From assembly GCA_022791315.1 (NCBI GenBank), contig JAAVYW010000060.1, positions 12,290-76,289 of the forward strand: a stretch of 64,000 nucleotides of DNA. Reading direction: 5' to 3'. Under the pieces are notes generated by a model. It was not told where the DNA came from. It worked only from the letters and a program-made list of their open reading frames with translations, and ran no database searches. The stretch comes from Oscillospiraceae bacterium. Lineage in GTDB: Bacteria; Bacillota; Clostridia; Oscillospirales; Ruminococcaceae. The position numbers and the translations under genes are program-made. The number at the start of each line of letters is the position of its first letter. Position 1 is the stretch's first letter. Below, one piece after another: positions 8,760-16,346 of the stretch.

Positions 8760-8788
8760 ATTATACCCACACCCGCCTGGTTTGTCAA
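8760..8788 (-). promoter_or_regulatory. SigA-type promoter for the copy 2 small RNA
   Basis: On the minus strand, TTGACA-17 nt-TATAAT. The spacer is unrelated to copy 1. Confidence 0.65.
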
Positions 8789-8882
8789 GCGATAAAATTA
8801 GCCTCACAGCATCAAAAGGCCGGCCTCTTGCGAGACCGGCCTTCAACGCCAACTAGTTCAGCTTCTTCGATAAGAAGTTATC

Positions 8883-10256
8883 TTATTTGGAAGCCTTCTT
8901 GGAAGCAACCAGACCAGCAGCAGCCAGGGACACAACAGCCATAGCTACAGCCAGAGAAATAGCATTGGAGGAACCAGTGCCGGGGTTGTCCTCAATGGGG
9001 TTACCATCTTCGTCAACCAGTTTGTCGTCGTCCTCTACGGGCTCGTCAATCAGGTCATCGTCTTCGATGGGCTCGTCGGTGTCGCCAACAGCCTCGAGGT
9101 CAAGAGCACCCTCAGTAATCAGATATCTGGTCATGGGGCCTTCGAACACTACGTCACCATAGGTGTAGTTGTCAGTGTCCTTAACTTCAACCTCTTCAAG
9201 GGTCATGTCGTCATCATGCATAAGATATACATGAAGATCATCTTTGTTCCAGTCATACTCTACAGAGAAAGTACCAACAACATCCGGGCGATGAGTCACA
9301 AAGTTGAACACCTGATACTCGAAATCGACATCAGTCAGTTGATCTTCCCAGGGACCCTGGTCGCCGTTATAAGCAACATTGATGTGCTTGCCATTGTTCA
9401 GAGCAGTAAATGCTTTCTTATTCAGAGTCAGAGTAGTGTAACCATCAAAATAGGTGGAAGCATTCTCCTCATTGTAAGAAGTCATCTTGCCATTGTCCAT
9501 TACGAAGGTAGCAGTCTCAGAGTTGCCCAGGTTTCTAGCCAAGAAACGAACGATAGAAGAAGGAAGCACAGGGTTACCGCCCAAATCTACATCAAAGTTC
9601 GTCTCATCGTAATTTCTCATAGCATCGAAGTTATTCACAACCTCATCATACAGGTCATCGATGTCCTCGTTGCTATAACCAGCAGAAATGGTTCCCGAAT
9701 CTTTTACAGTTTTCCCCTTCAGGCCGCTTCTGTTGGCAACATCCTTCTTGTCAACACCGTAGTTAATTACCACACCCTTATAATCAGTGGCATCAAGGTT
9801 CGTGGCTTTCAGGGTGAATTTAACATCAAAGGACAAATAAGTTTTGCTACCCGCAGTGTACCATCTAAAGGTTTCCTTGTCGATTTCATCCTTGGTAACC
9901 TCAGCAGGACCCTTTACAGAAATCTTCGGAACAAAATTCCAGTGGTTGTAGGTGATAACATTGCCCTTTGCGTCCTTCTCATTGGCAACAGCAACTACAT
10001 GGTATCTGTAGTTCATAGATTTTCCTGCAGGAATCTCCCATTCCTGGTCGGCTCCATCCAGCTCCAGAACATCAATACCAGTCGTACCAACGGCCTTATC
10101 CAAGGTAACATAGTTATCTGCTCCGATTTTCATTGTTGACAGACTGGCATGAGTTGCATTAGTATCTTTAATCTCATCTTTCATGGCAGCGAAAGATGTC
10201 GCAGCAATGCCCATAGTCATAGCCGCAGCCAGTACTAAAGAAAGTACTTTTTTCAT
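8883..10256 (-). CDS. Secreted cell-wall-anchored surface protein (NPGTG sorting signal)
   Basis: Signal peptide MKKVLSLVLAAAMTMGIAATSFA, acidic D/E-rich stalk, then NPGTG, a hydrophobic segment and a KKASK tail. GC and codon usage are clearly lower than in the neighbours. Confidence 0.65.
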   Translation of the reverse strand: MKKVLSLVLAAAMTMGIAATSFAAMKDEIKDTNATHASLSTMKIGADNYVTLDKAVGTTGIDVLELDGADQEWEIPAGKSMNYRYHVVAVANEKDAKGNVITYNHWNFVPKISVKGPAEVTKDEIDKETFRWYTAGSKTYLSFDVKFTLKATNLDATDYKGVVINYGVDKKDVANRSGLKGKTVKDSGTISAGYSNEDIDDLYDEVVNNFDAMRNYDETNFDVDLGGNPVLPSSIVRFLARNLGNSETATFVMDNGKMTSYNEENASTYFDGYTTLTLNKKAFTALNNGKHINVAYNGDQGPWEDQLTDVDFEYQVFNFVTHRPDVVGTFSVEYDWNKDDLHVYLMHDDDMTLEEVEVKDTDNYTYGDVVFEGPMTRYLITEGALDLEAVGDTDEPIEDDDLIDEPVEDDDKLVDEDGNPIEDNPGTGSSNAISLAVAMAVVSLAAAGLVASKKASK

Positions 10257-10334
10257 TTTACATTCCTCCTATAAAATTTCTTTGGTTCAAGAGAGCGGGG
10301 CGTTGGCGAAACCCCATCCCTCAAGTGCAAACTT

Positions 10335-10363
10335 ACTATAACACATCCTTCCCGGAAAATCAA
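10335..10363 (-). promoter_or_regulatory. Promoter of the surface protein gene
   Basis: On the minus strand, TTGATT-17 nt-TATAGT, about 80 nt upstream of AGGAGGA-ATG. Confidence 0.5.
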
Positions 10364-10640
10364 GCCTTTTTTGCAAATTTTTGTTTCTTTTTTGTAACTT
10401 ATTTTCCGCAGTTGTTACTTTTTTGCACTTTCATCCCCTAAACGTCCCAGCTCCGGTAATTATTGGAGTGTCTTAGTTTTTATTTTAGAAAATTTTTATT
10501 CATGATTGTGACTGGTTTGTTACTAATCGCTTTGGCTCCTCGCTAATGTAGGCCCAGGCCTTCTCCTCTCTCTATTTTTCCATTCCCCCTTTACCTCCCC
10601 CCTCTTTTCCCCTATAATAAAACTGTATTGGAGGGATAAG

Positions 10641-11141
10641 ATGAAAATCCAAAGCATCCGCAAACTGGCCCTATCGCTTCTTTTAGCCCTTTTCTTCCTC
10701 TCCCCCCACGCACCCCAGTGGCAGGAGCAGCGGCAAGCTGCCCAGGAGGTTTCCCTGCTCCTGGCCTCCCACCGGGCCGGCCTGGGCCTCCCCCCTCTTT
10801 CCGGCGACCTTTCCCTGCGGCAAGCCGCATTCCTGCGGGCCCAAGAGCTGGCCCAAACCGGCTCCCTCTCCCACAGCCGCCCTAACGGCAGCTCCTTCAA
10901 CACAGCCTTGGCAGAATCCGGCGCCTCATTCACCTTTGCCGGGGAAAACCTGGGATACTATAGGGACAGCGCCCCCTCCGCCCAGTCCGGCGCCCTTTGG
11001 ATGTCCGGCTGGCTCGCCAGCCCCGGCCATGCCCGCAACCTCTCCGACCCCCATTTCACCCGTTCCGAAACCGTCATCCTCCGCCGTAGCATCGGCGGAA
11101 CCTATGAATACTTCGCCGTCCAGCTCTTTGCCGGTGATTAG
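10641..11141 (+). CDS. CAP/SCP (YkwD-like) domain secreted protein
   Basis: Signal peptide plus HR..GL.PL, AQ..A.....L.H and GEN...SPGHARN motifs. Confidence 0.7.
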   Translation: MKIQSIRKLALSLLLALFFLSPHAPQWQEQRQAAQEVSLLLASHRAGLGLPPLSGDLSLRQAAFLRAQELAQTGSLSHSRPNGSSFNTALAESGASFTFAGENLGYYRDSAPSAQSGALWMSGWLASPGHARNLSDPHFTRSETVILRRSIGGTYEYFAVQLFAGD

Positions 11142-11162
11142 CACACAGAAAGGAGCATCCCC

Positions 11163-12107
11163 ATGTCCTTTGACCGCATTGCCACCCTCACCCTAAACCC
11201 CGCCATTGACCTGTCCCTCCACACCGATACGCTGCGCCATGAGTCCCTGAACCGGGTCTTGTCCGAACGGGAAGAAGCTGGCGGCAAGGGCGTCAATGTC
11301 TCCCGCCTGCTCTCCCGCCTGGATGTACCCAACCACGCCGTTGCCCTTTGCGGGCTGGAAAACCTCCCTTACTATCAATCCCTGCTCCCAGACGAGGTGG
11401 ACTTCCGCCCCATCCCCTTCCCCGGCAAAATCCGGGAAAACATCACCCTCACCAGCGAGGACGGCACGCTTATCAAACTCGACCGCTCCGGCACCTTTTC
11501 CCCCGGAGACGCCCTCCCCCGGTTAGAGGCACTGCTCCTCTCCCTCTTCTCCGGCATATCCTCCGGCCTGCTTCTAGTCTGTGGCAGCCTGCCCAACGGC
11601 TTGGCTGCCCAGGAAGTCTGTGCCCTCCTCTCCCGCATCGCGTCGCTCCACCCGGTGCACCTGGGGCTCGATACCCTGGCCTTTTCCCTCCCACAGCTCC
11701 AAGAGCTCCGTCCCCTCTTCCTCAAACCCAATGAATATGAGCTTGCCAAGCTGCTGGGGATAGAAGGAGGAACCCGGGAGCTTTCTGCGCTCGCCAAGGC
11801 AGCTCGGCGCCTGCCCGCCGCATTTGTCCTGGTGAGCCTGGGAGAACGCGGCCTGCTGGGTGTAAAAGGCGAGGAGGCCTGGCTTGTCCCCGGCCTGGCT
11901 GTCCCCGTCCGCTCCACCGTCGCCGCAGGGGACTCCACTGCGGCGGGCTTCTCCCTGGCCCTGCAGCGGGATATGCCCTTCCCCCAAGCACTGCGCCTTG
12001 CCGCAGCCTGCGGCACTGCCGCTGTCACCAAGCCCGGCAGCGGCATGGGCGGGCCAGAGGAGATAAAAGAGTATTTTTCAAAGCTAACCGTAGAGGCAGT
12101 CCGATAA
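11163..12107 (+). CDS. PfkB-family 1-phosphofructokinase/hexose kinase
   Basis: N-terminal TLTLNPAIDL and GGKGVNVSR motifs. C-terminal GAGDS-like VAAGDS motif. Confidence 0.7.
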   Translation: MSFDRIATLTLNPAIDLSLHTDTLRHESLNRVLSEREEAGGKGVNVSRLLSRLDVPNHAVALCGLENLPYYQSLLPDEVDFRPIPFPGKIRENITLTSEDGTLIKLDRSGTFSPGDALPRLEALLLSLFSGISSGLLLVCGSLPNGLAAQEVCALLSRIASLHPVHLGLDTLAFSLPQLQELRPLFLKPNEYELAKLLGIEGGTRELSALAKAARRLPAAFVLVSLGERGLLGVKGEEAWLVPGLAVPVRSTVAAGDSTAAGFSLALQRDMPFPQALRLAAACGTAAVTKPGSGMGGPEEIKEYFSKLTVEAVR

Positions 12108-12111
12108 AAGC

Positions 12112-12153
12112 AAAATGAGGAGGGGAATCACCTGTTCCCTCTCCTCATTTTTT
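12112..12153 (+). terminator. Intrinsic terminator after the pfkB-family gene
   Basis: ATGAGGAGGGGAA-loop-TTCCCTCTCCTCAT followed by TTTTTT. Confidence 0.7.
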
Positions 12154-12154
12154 G

Positions 12155-12183
12155 TTGCTTTCTGCCGATTCCTATGTTATATT
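12155..12183 (+). promoter_or_regulatory. Promoter, family B copy 1 mRNA
   Basis: TTGCTT-17 nt-TATATT. Confidence 0.5.
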
Positions 12184-12291
12184 AAAAATAGGAAAGATTT
12201 TTCTTTCAGCGCTGTCCATAACGGTAGCGGTTGGCCCTCTTCTCAGGGGGCAGCTTCTGCCCCCTAATCCTCTGGAAAGGGGGGCTGCCTT

Positions 12292-12372
12292 GTGACTATC
12301 TCCGAAGTTTTACAACTTTGTCTAGTCATCATCGCCATCTGCAATTTGTTTTTGCAGAATAAGAAGAAGTAA
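12292..12372 (+). CDS. 26-aa hydrophobic Lys-tailed peptide VTISEVLQLCLVIIAICNLFLQNKKK (type I toxin-like)
   Basis: GTG start 7-8 nt after a GGGGGG SD-like run. One TM-length hydrophobic stretch plus a KKK tail. The TAA lies inside the terminator stem. It resembles the 'holin-like toxin' class of small Firmicutes peptides. Confidence 0.5.
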   Translation: MTISEVLQLCLVIIAICNLFLQNKKK

Positions 12373-12448
12373 CCGCCCCTCTCCAAAAGTGCGGTTACTT
12401 CTCTAACAAGCACTTAGGGTCAACCGTCTATCGGCAGCGCCCTTTCTA
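12358..12448 (-). ncRNA. Predicted convergent small RNA of about 90 nt (family B, copy 1)
   Basis: Bounded by the minus-strand TTGACA-17-TAAACT promoter and the shared stem-loop. Confidence 0.4.
12366..12401. terminator. Shared stem-loop at the 3' ends of the family B copy 1 RNAs
   Basis: GAAGTAACCGC-loop-GCGGTTACTTC. The U-tract is weak on the plus strand and better (TTCTTCTTATT) on the minus strand. Confidence 0.5.
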
Positions 12449-12454
12449 TTTATT

Positions 12455-12483
12455 AGTTTACCCTCTTCCCCTCAGAATGTCAA
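12455..12483 (-). promoter_or_regulatory. Promoter for the family B copy 1 small RNA
   Basis: On the minus strand, TTGACA-17 nt-TAAACT. Confidence 0.55.
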
Positions 12484-12493
12484 GCTAATTTTG

Positions 12494-12522
12494 TTGCTTT
12501 CTGTCGATTCCTATGCTATATT
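12494..12522 (+). promoter_or_regulatory. Promoter, family B copy 2 mRNA
   Basis: TTGCTT-17 nt-TATATT. Confidence 0.5.
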
Positions 12523-12630
12523 AAGAACAGGAAAGATTTTTCTTTCAGCGCTGTCCATAACGGTAGCGGTTGGCCCTCTTTTCAGGGGGCGGCTTCTGCC
12601 CCCTAATCCTCTGGAAAGGGGGGCTGCCTT

Positions 12631-12711
12631 GTGACTATCTCCGAAGTTTTACAACTTTGTCTAGTCATCATCGCCATCTGCAATTTATTTTTGCAGAGTA
12701 AAAAGAAGTAA
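12631..12711 (+). CDS. 26-aa peptide VTISEVLQLCLVIIAICNLFLQSKKK (family B, copy 2)
   Basis: Same layout as copy 1. There are 3 nucleotide differences in the ORF, 2 of them synonymous (TTG/TTA, AAG/AAA) and one N23S. Confidence 0.5.
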   Translation: MTISEVLQLCLVIIAICNLFLQSKKK

Positions 12712-12792
12712 CCGCCCCTACCCAAAAGTGCGGTTACTTCCTTAAAGTAAAAGCATCTTAAGGGCCAACCGTCTATCGGCAGCGCCCTTTCT
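12698..12792 (-). ncRNA. Predicted convergent small RNA (family B, copy 2)
   Basis: Bounded by the minus-strand TTGACA-17-TATACT promoter and the shared stem-loop. Confidence 0.4.
12704..12740. terminator. Shared stem-loop, family B copy 2
   Basis: GAAGTAACCGC-loop-GCGGTTACTTC. Confidence 0.5.
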
Positions 12793-12798
12793 ATTTTT

Positions 12799-12827
12799 AG
12801 TATACCCGTTTCCCGCTAAAATGTCAA
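12799..12827 (-). promoter_or_regulatory. Promoter for the family B copy 2 small RNA
   Basis: On the minus strand, TTGACA-17 nt-TATACT. Confidence 0.55.
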
Positions 12828-12934
12828 CCACCCAACTCAAACTCCAGAGAAGAAAGGGCATCCGGCAAAGCCGGATGCCCTTTTCCTATCATCCCCCAAA
12901 ATCAGGGAGAATCACAATCGCCTTATGGAATCTC

Positions 12935-14080
12935 TTAGTCCAGCACACCAGCCATCAGGCCCTGTACCATGGGAGCAGCAGGCTCCATCGTGGTAGTCAT
13001 ATCGACAAAGCGGTGCTCGGCAGAGGACTTGTTAAAGCTGGTGAGCACTTCGATGACATGCAGGGTCACATCGCTGCTGGCGCGGCGGGCACGGCCGGTC
13101 TCGATGGCCTTTGCCATGTCAGCCAGACCCAGGGCACGGCTGTTATCAGGATAGTCAAACAGCAGCGGGATTTCCTGGAACTTGGGAGGCTCGGGCTTAA
13201 TCAGGGCCGGGTCACCCTTCAAGGGCTTGGGACCTGCGGCGCGGTAGAGGCGCACAGGGCCGCCAAAGGTGTTGGGGTCAGGCACCGAGAGGGTTCCCTT
13301 GGAGCCATAGATTTCAATACGGGGCACCTCAGCCACATAGGCGTCAAAGGTGGTGAAGATGGTACCGATTACACCGCTTCTGAACTGCATCAGGCCGGTG
13401 ATATAGGTGGGCACATCCACATCAATGATGTCGCCGTAGTGGGGGGCGCTGGTGATGGTGCGCTGCGGGAAGGTGATTTTGGACATACCAGCCACAGACT
13501 TCACCGGGCCCAGCAGGTTAATCAGCGCAGTGATGTAATAGGGGCCCATATCCAGCATGGGGCCGCCGCCGAACTTGTAGTAGAACTCGGGGTCGGGATG
13601 CCAGGTCTCATGCCCGCGGCAGACCATGTAAGCGGAAGCGCCCACCACATCGCCGATAAAGCCGTCGTCAATGAGCTTCTTGGAAGTCTGGATACCAGCG
13701 CCCAGGAAGGTATCGGGAGCGCCACCGATGAGCAGGTTGTGCTCCTTGGCATATTTCACCAGTTCCAGGCCCTCTTCAAAAGTGGCGCCCAGGGGCTTTT
13801 CAGAGTAGACGTTTTTGCCGGCCTTCAGCGCGCCCATCGTCACATCAAAGTGCTCATAGGGGCGGGTCAGGTTCAGCACCAGGTCCACCTCGGGGTCGGC
13901 AAACAGCTCGTGCATGTCCTCATACAGCTTGGGGATATTGTATTCCTCCACTGCCTTTTCGGCACGCTCACGAATCAGGTCGCAGACGCCGATGACTTCA
14001 ATCTCCTGGAACATGTTGGTAATGTTCTTGAGATAAATGCCGCTGATAGCGCCAACGCCCACAATACCAATTCTCATCAT
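12935..14080 (-). CDS. Gfo/Idh/MocA family oxidoreductase
   Basis: N-terminal Rossmann motif MRIGIVGVGAISG, and an EKP motif (VYSEKPL). Confidence 0.8.
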   Translation of the reverse strand: MMRIGIVGVGAISGIYLKNITNMFQEIEVIGVCDLIRERAEKAVEEYNIPKLYEDMHELFADPEVDLVLNLTRPYEHFDVTMGALKAGKNVYSEKPLGATFEEGLELVKYAKEHNLLIGGAPDTFLGAGIQTSKKLIDDGFIGDVVGASAYMVCRGHETWHPDPEFYYKFGGGPMLDMGPYYITALINLLGPVKSVAGMSKITFPQRTITSAPHYGDIIDVDVPTYITGLMQFRSGVIGTIFTTFDAYVAEVPRIEIYGSKGTLSVPDPNTFGGPVRLYRAAGPKPLKGDPALIKPEPPKFQEIPLLFDYPDNSRALGLADMAKAIETGRARRASSDVTLHVIEVLTSFNKSSAEHRFVDMTTTMEPAAPMVQGLMAGVLD

Positions 14081-14313
14081 GGGAAATCCTCTCCTTACCT
14101 TGTTTTCATATCATCACCCCGGCCTTTCGGCCAAGGGGATACTCCTAATAATTTTTCATGTTCTATACCCCCGCCCCTTCAGGGCAAAAGTCAGCTGCGC
14201 TGACCTTGACAAGCCGCCGGCTTATCCCTGGCCAGTCCGGCCGCTGGCACCATCTTTTGGAGCTTGGCAGGTCGCTTGTGCCAGGCCCTCCTTCCCCTGG
14301 CGAGGTGATCGCG

Positions 14314-15036
14314 TTAATACATCTGTGCCGTGTTCTCAAAGCGCTCGGTGGTGAGGCCGTGGGCGCGGGCATATTCCCGGCCCTCTGCAGCCCAAACCAT
14401 ACCCCGCTCCATCAGCACAGCGGCGTTAGGGGAGTTGTCAAACACATCGTCGTGGTGGCCCAGGGAGGTATAGAACACCCGCCCGTTGCCCCAGAACTTT
14501 GTCCAGGCCACCGGCATATCCACCGGTCGGTTGGAAATGTGATAATAGGGCACAATGGGGAACCGGGTGGTGGCCAGCACCTCAATCGAGGGGTCAATGT
14601 GGAGATAGTAGTGCTCACTCTTTACCGGGAAATCAGTGAGCCCCTCCACCAGGGGCGAAGAACCGTGGCGGACGTTCACCGTATACTCAATGCCGTCTCC
14701 GCCGGGATGGCTCACCCACTGTCCGCCGGTAATAAACTGCCACTCTGTGCTCTGGCGGAAGGCGTCGCACATGCCGCCGTGGCAGCCGGCCAGGCCCACG
14801 CCCGCCCCCACTGCCTTGGCAATGCTCTGCACCACTTCCCTGGGAATCTCCCCCATGGTCCAGCAGGCCACCAGCAGCTCAAACTGCATCAGATAATCCA
14901 CCTCCGCCATGGGCGCTAAGTCATGGATGATGGTGGCCTCATAGCCGTGCTTCTCCATCATCCCGGCAAACCGAACCGAGGTCAGCTCCGGCTGATGCCC
15001 GTCCCATCCGCCTGCAAATATCAAAACTTTTTTCAT
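14314..15036 (-). CDS. ThuA domain-containing protein
   Basis: 240 aa starting MKKVLIFAGGWDGHQP, glutamine-amidotransferase-like ThuA fold type. It lies between two Gfo/Idh/MocA genes. Confidence 0.7.
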   Translation of the reverse strand: MKKVLIFAGGWDGHQPELTSVRFAGMMEKHGYEATIIHDLAPMAEVDYLMQFELLVACWTMGEIPREVVQSIAKAVGAGVGLAGCHGGMCDAFRQSTEWQFITGGQWVSHPGGDGIEYTVNVRHGSSPLVEGLTDFPVKSEHYYLHIDPSIEVLATTRFPIVPYYHISNRPVDMPVAWTKFWGNGRVFYTSLGHHDDVFDNSPNAAVLMERGMVWAAEGREYARAHGLTTERFENTAQMY

Positions 15037-15078
15037 CTCAAGAACCCTTCTTTTTATGAGGGAAAGACGGTATCTGTA

Positions 15079-16134
15079 TTACAGATAGCACTCCAGCCCA
15101 TGCCCCAGCGCAGCGGATTCAAAGGTCTTGTCAATCACCTTCATCACCCGCAGCGACTGCTCAGGCTTCACAATCAGTTCTGCGCCGTTGTCAATGACAT
15201 CCAGGATATTTTTATAATAGTCCGCCCAGTCGGTCTCCACCTTGGGCAGCTCCAGCTCGGCAGTGGTCTGCTTGGGCCGGGGGGCCATAGTGCGGGTGGG
15301 GCCTGCTTCCGTGTAGACAATCTCGTCGTCCCAGGCCATCTCCTCGTCGGTGTTGAGCTTCACCATCTTGCCGTTGCAGGCCCAGTCCTCTACCACGGCA
15401 GTGCCGTCGTTGCAGGTCACATGCCAGCGGGGCAGGTTGATAAAGCAGTTGGTGGCAATCTCAATGAGATAGGAGACTCCGTTTTCAAACCGCATGAACA
15501 GCTTGAAGTTGTCGTCCACCCCATCGGAGAAAATGTTGAACAGGTGGGCGTCCACCGAAACCACCTTGGAATCAATCAGGTTCATAGCCTGGTCCAGCAG
15601 ATGGATACCCCAGTCATACACCATGCCGCCGCCGTTCACCTTGTGGCCTCTCCAGCCGTGCATGGCCCTCCGGGAGCCCAGCACCCGGCTCTCAATATAA
15701 TAGGGCGTTCCAATGGTGCCCTCTTCCAGAATTTTTTTCACAATGCAGTAGTCCTTATCCCAGCGCCGGTTCTGGTGCACGGCAAAGAGCTTGCCGGTCT
15801 CATCCCGCACCTTGATAATCTCCTCCAGCTCCCCGGCATTGAGGGTCACAGGCTTTTCGCAGATGACGTTTTTCCCCGCCCGCAGCGCTGCAATCGAGAG
15901 CTCCTTGTGGAAATTGTTGGGCACTGCAATCGTAACCAAGTCCACATCCTTGTCATCCCACAGCTCCTGCAGGGAGGCATACACATGCAGCCCCTTCTCC
16001 TTCGCAGACTGGCAGGCCTCTTCCCGGATGTCGTAAATCCCCTTCACATCCAGCCCGTCCACCCGCTCGGTGACATTTTGCCAGTGCCAGGTGCCCATAC
16101 CGCCAAAACCGATAATCGCGTGTTGATGCGCCAT
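15079..16134 (-). CDS. Gfo/Idh/MocA family oxidoreductase
   Basis: Start moved to MAHQHAIIGFGGMG (GGAGAGGA SD). CEKP motif present. Confidence 0.8.
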   Translation of the reverse strand: MAHQHAIIGFGGMGTWHWQNVTERVDGLDVKGIYDIREEACQSAKEKGLHVYASLQELWDDKDVDLVTIAVPNNFHKELSIAALRAGKNVICEKPVTLNAGELEEIIKVRDETGKLFAVHQNRRWDKDYCIVKKILEEGTIGTPYYIESRVLGSRRAMHGWRGHKVNGGGMVYDWGIHLLDQAMNLIDSKVVSVDAHLFNIFSDGVDDNFKLFMRFENGVSYLIEIATNCFINLPRWHVTCNDGTAVVEDWACNGKMVKLNTDEEMAWDDEIVYTEAGPTRTMAPRPKQTTAELELPKVETDWADYYKNILDVIDNGAELIVKPEQSLRVMKVIDKTFESAALGHGLECYL

Positions 16135-16346
16135 AGGTATCCTCTCCTCTCCCGCCACGCCCAAAAAGCGCGGCGCGCTGCCCATGCCCCATAGGCATCT
16201 AAAAAGCAGCTTATCACATTTAACTATATCTTAGCACAAAAGCAAGCGGTAGCCTGTGCATTTTTTTGATTTTTTCTGGACAAATATTGCTGTATTGATT
16301 ATAATATACACAGAAAACTCACCGGTTTTTTGACGGAGGCAGCGGA

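Noticed and set aside
8180-8788. Minus-strand ORFs across the family A cassettes (8180-8392 and 8489-8788) containing a hydrophobic stretch FLSAGLLIVIVTL, considered as an alternative toxin.
   Set aside because: They run through the bidirectional terminator, have no SD, and their starts are not conserved between copies. In copy 1 the ATG at the predicted TSS stops after 11 codons. The plus-strand ORF has a strong SD and only synonymous differences between copies.
8199-12830. The tandem repeats were considered as a CRISPR array, or as invertible (inverton) segments because of the flanking inverted motifs.
   Set aside because: The units are about 300 bp with internal promoters, ORFs and terminators, not repeats of 25-40 bp with unique spacers. 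The inverted motifs are imperfect and have different internal spacing, no invertase is nearby, and the promoters lie outside the repeats rather than inside them.
12821-14203. 460-aa plus-strand ORF, and similar long ORFs at 14923-16194(+), 33546-34403(-), 34285-35310(-), 42699-43904(-), 59006-60058(-) and 41069-41971(-).
   Set aside because: All are antisense or out-of-frame shadows of well-supported genes (Gfo/Idh/MocA, glmM, the methyltransferase, the Clp ATPase, dusB). They have G/A/R/H-rich low-complexity translations typical of high-GC shadow frames, and no SD or family signal.
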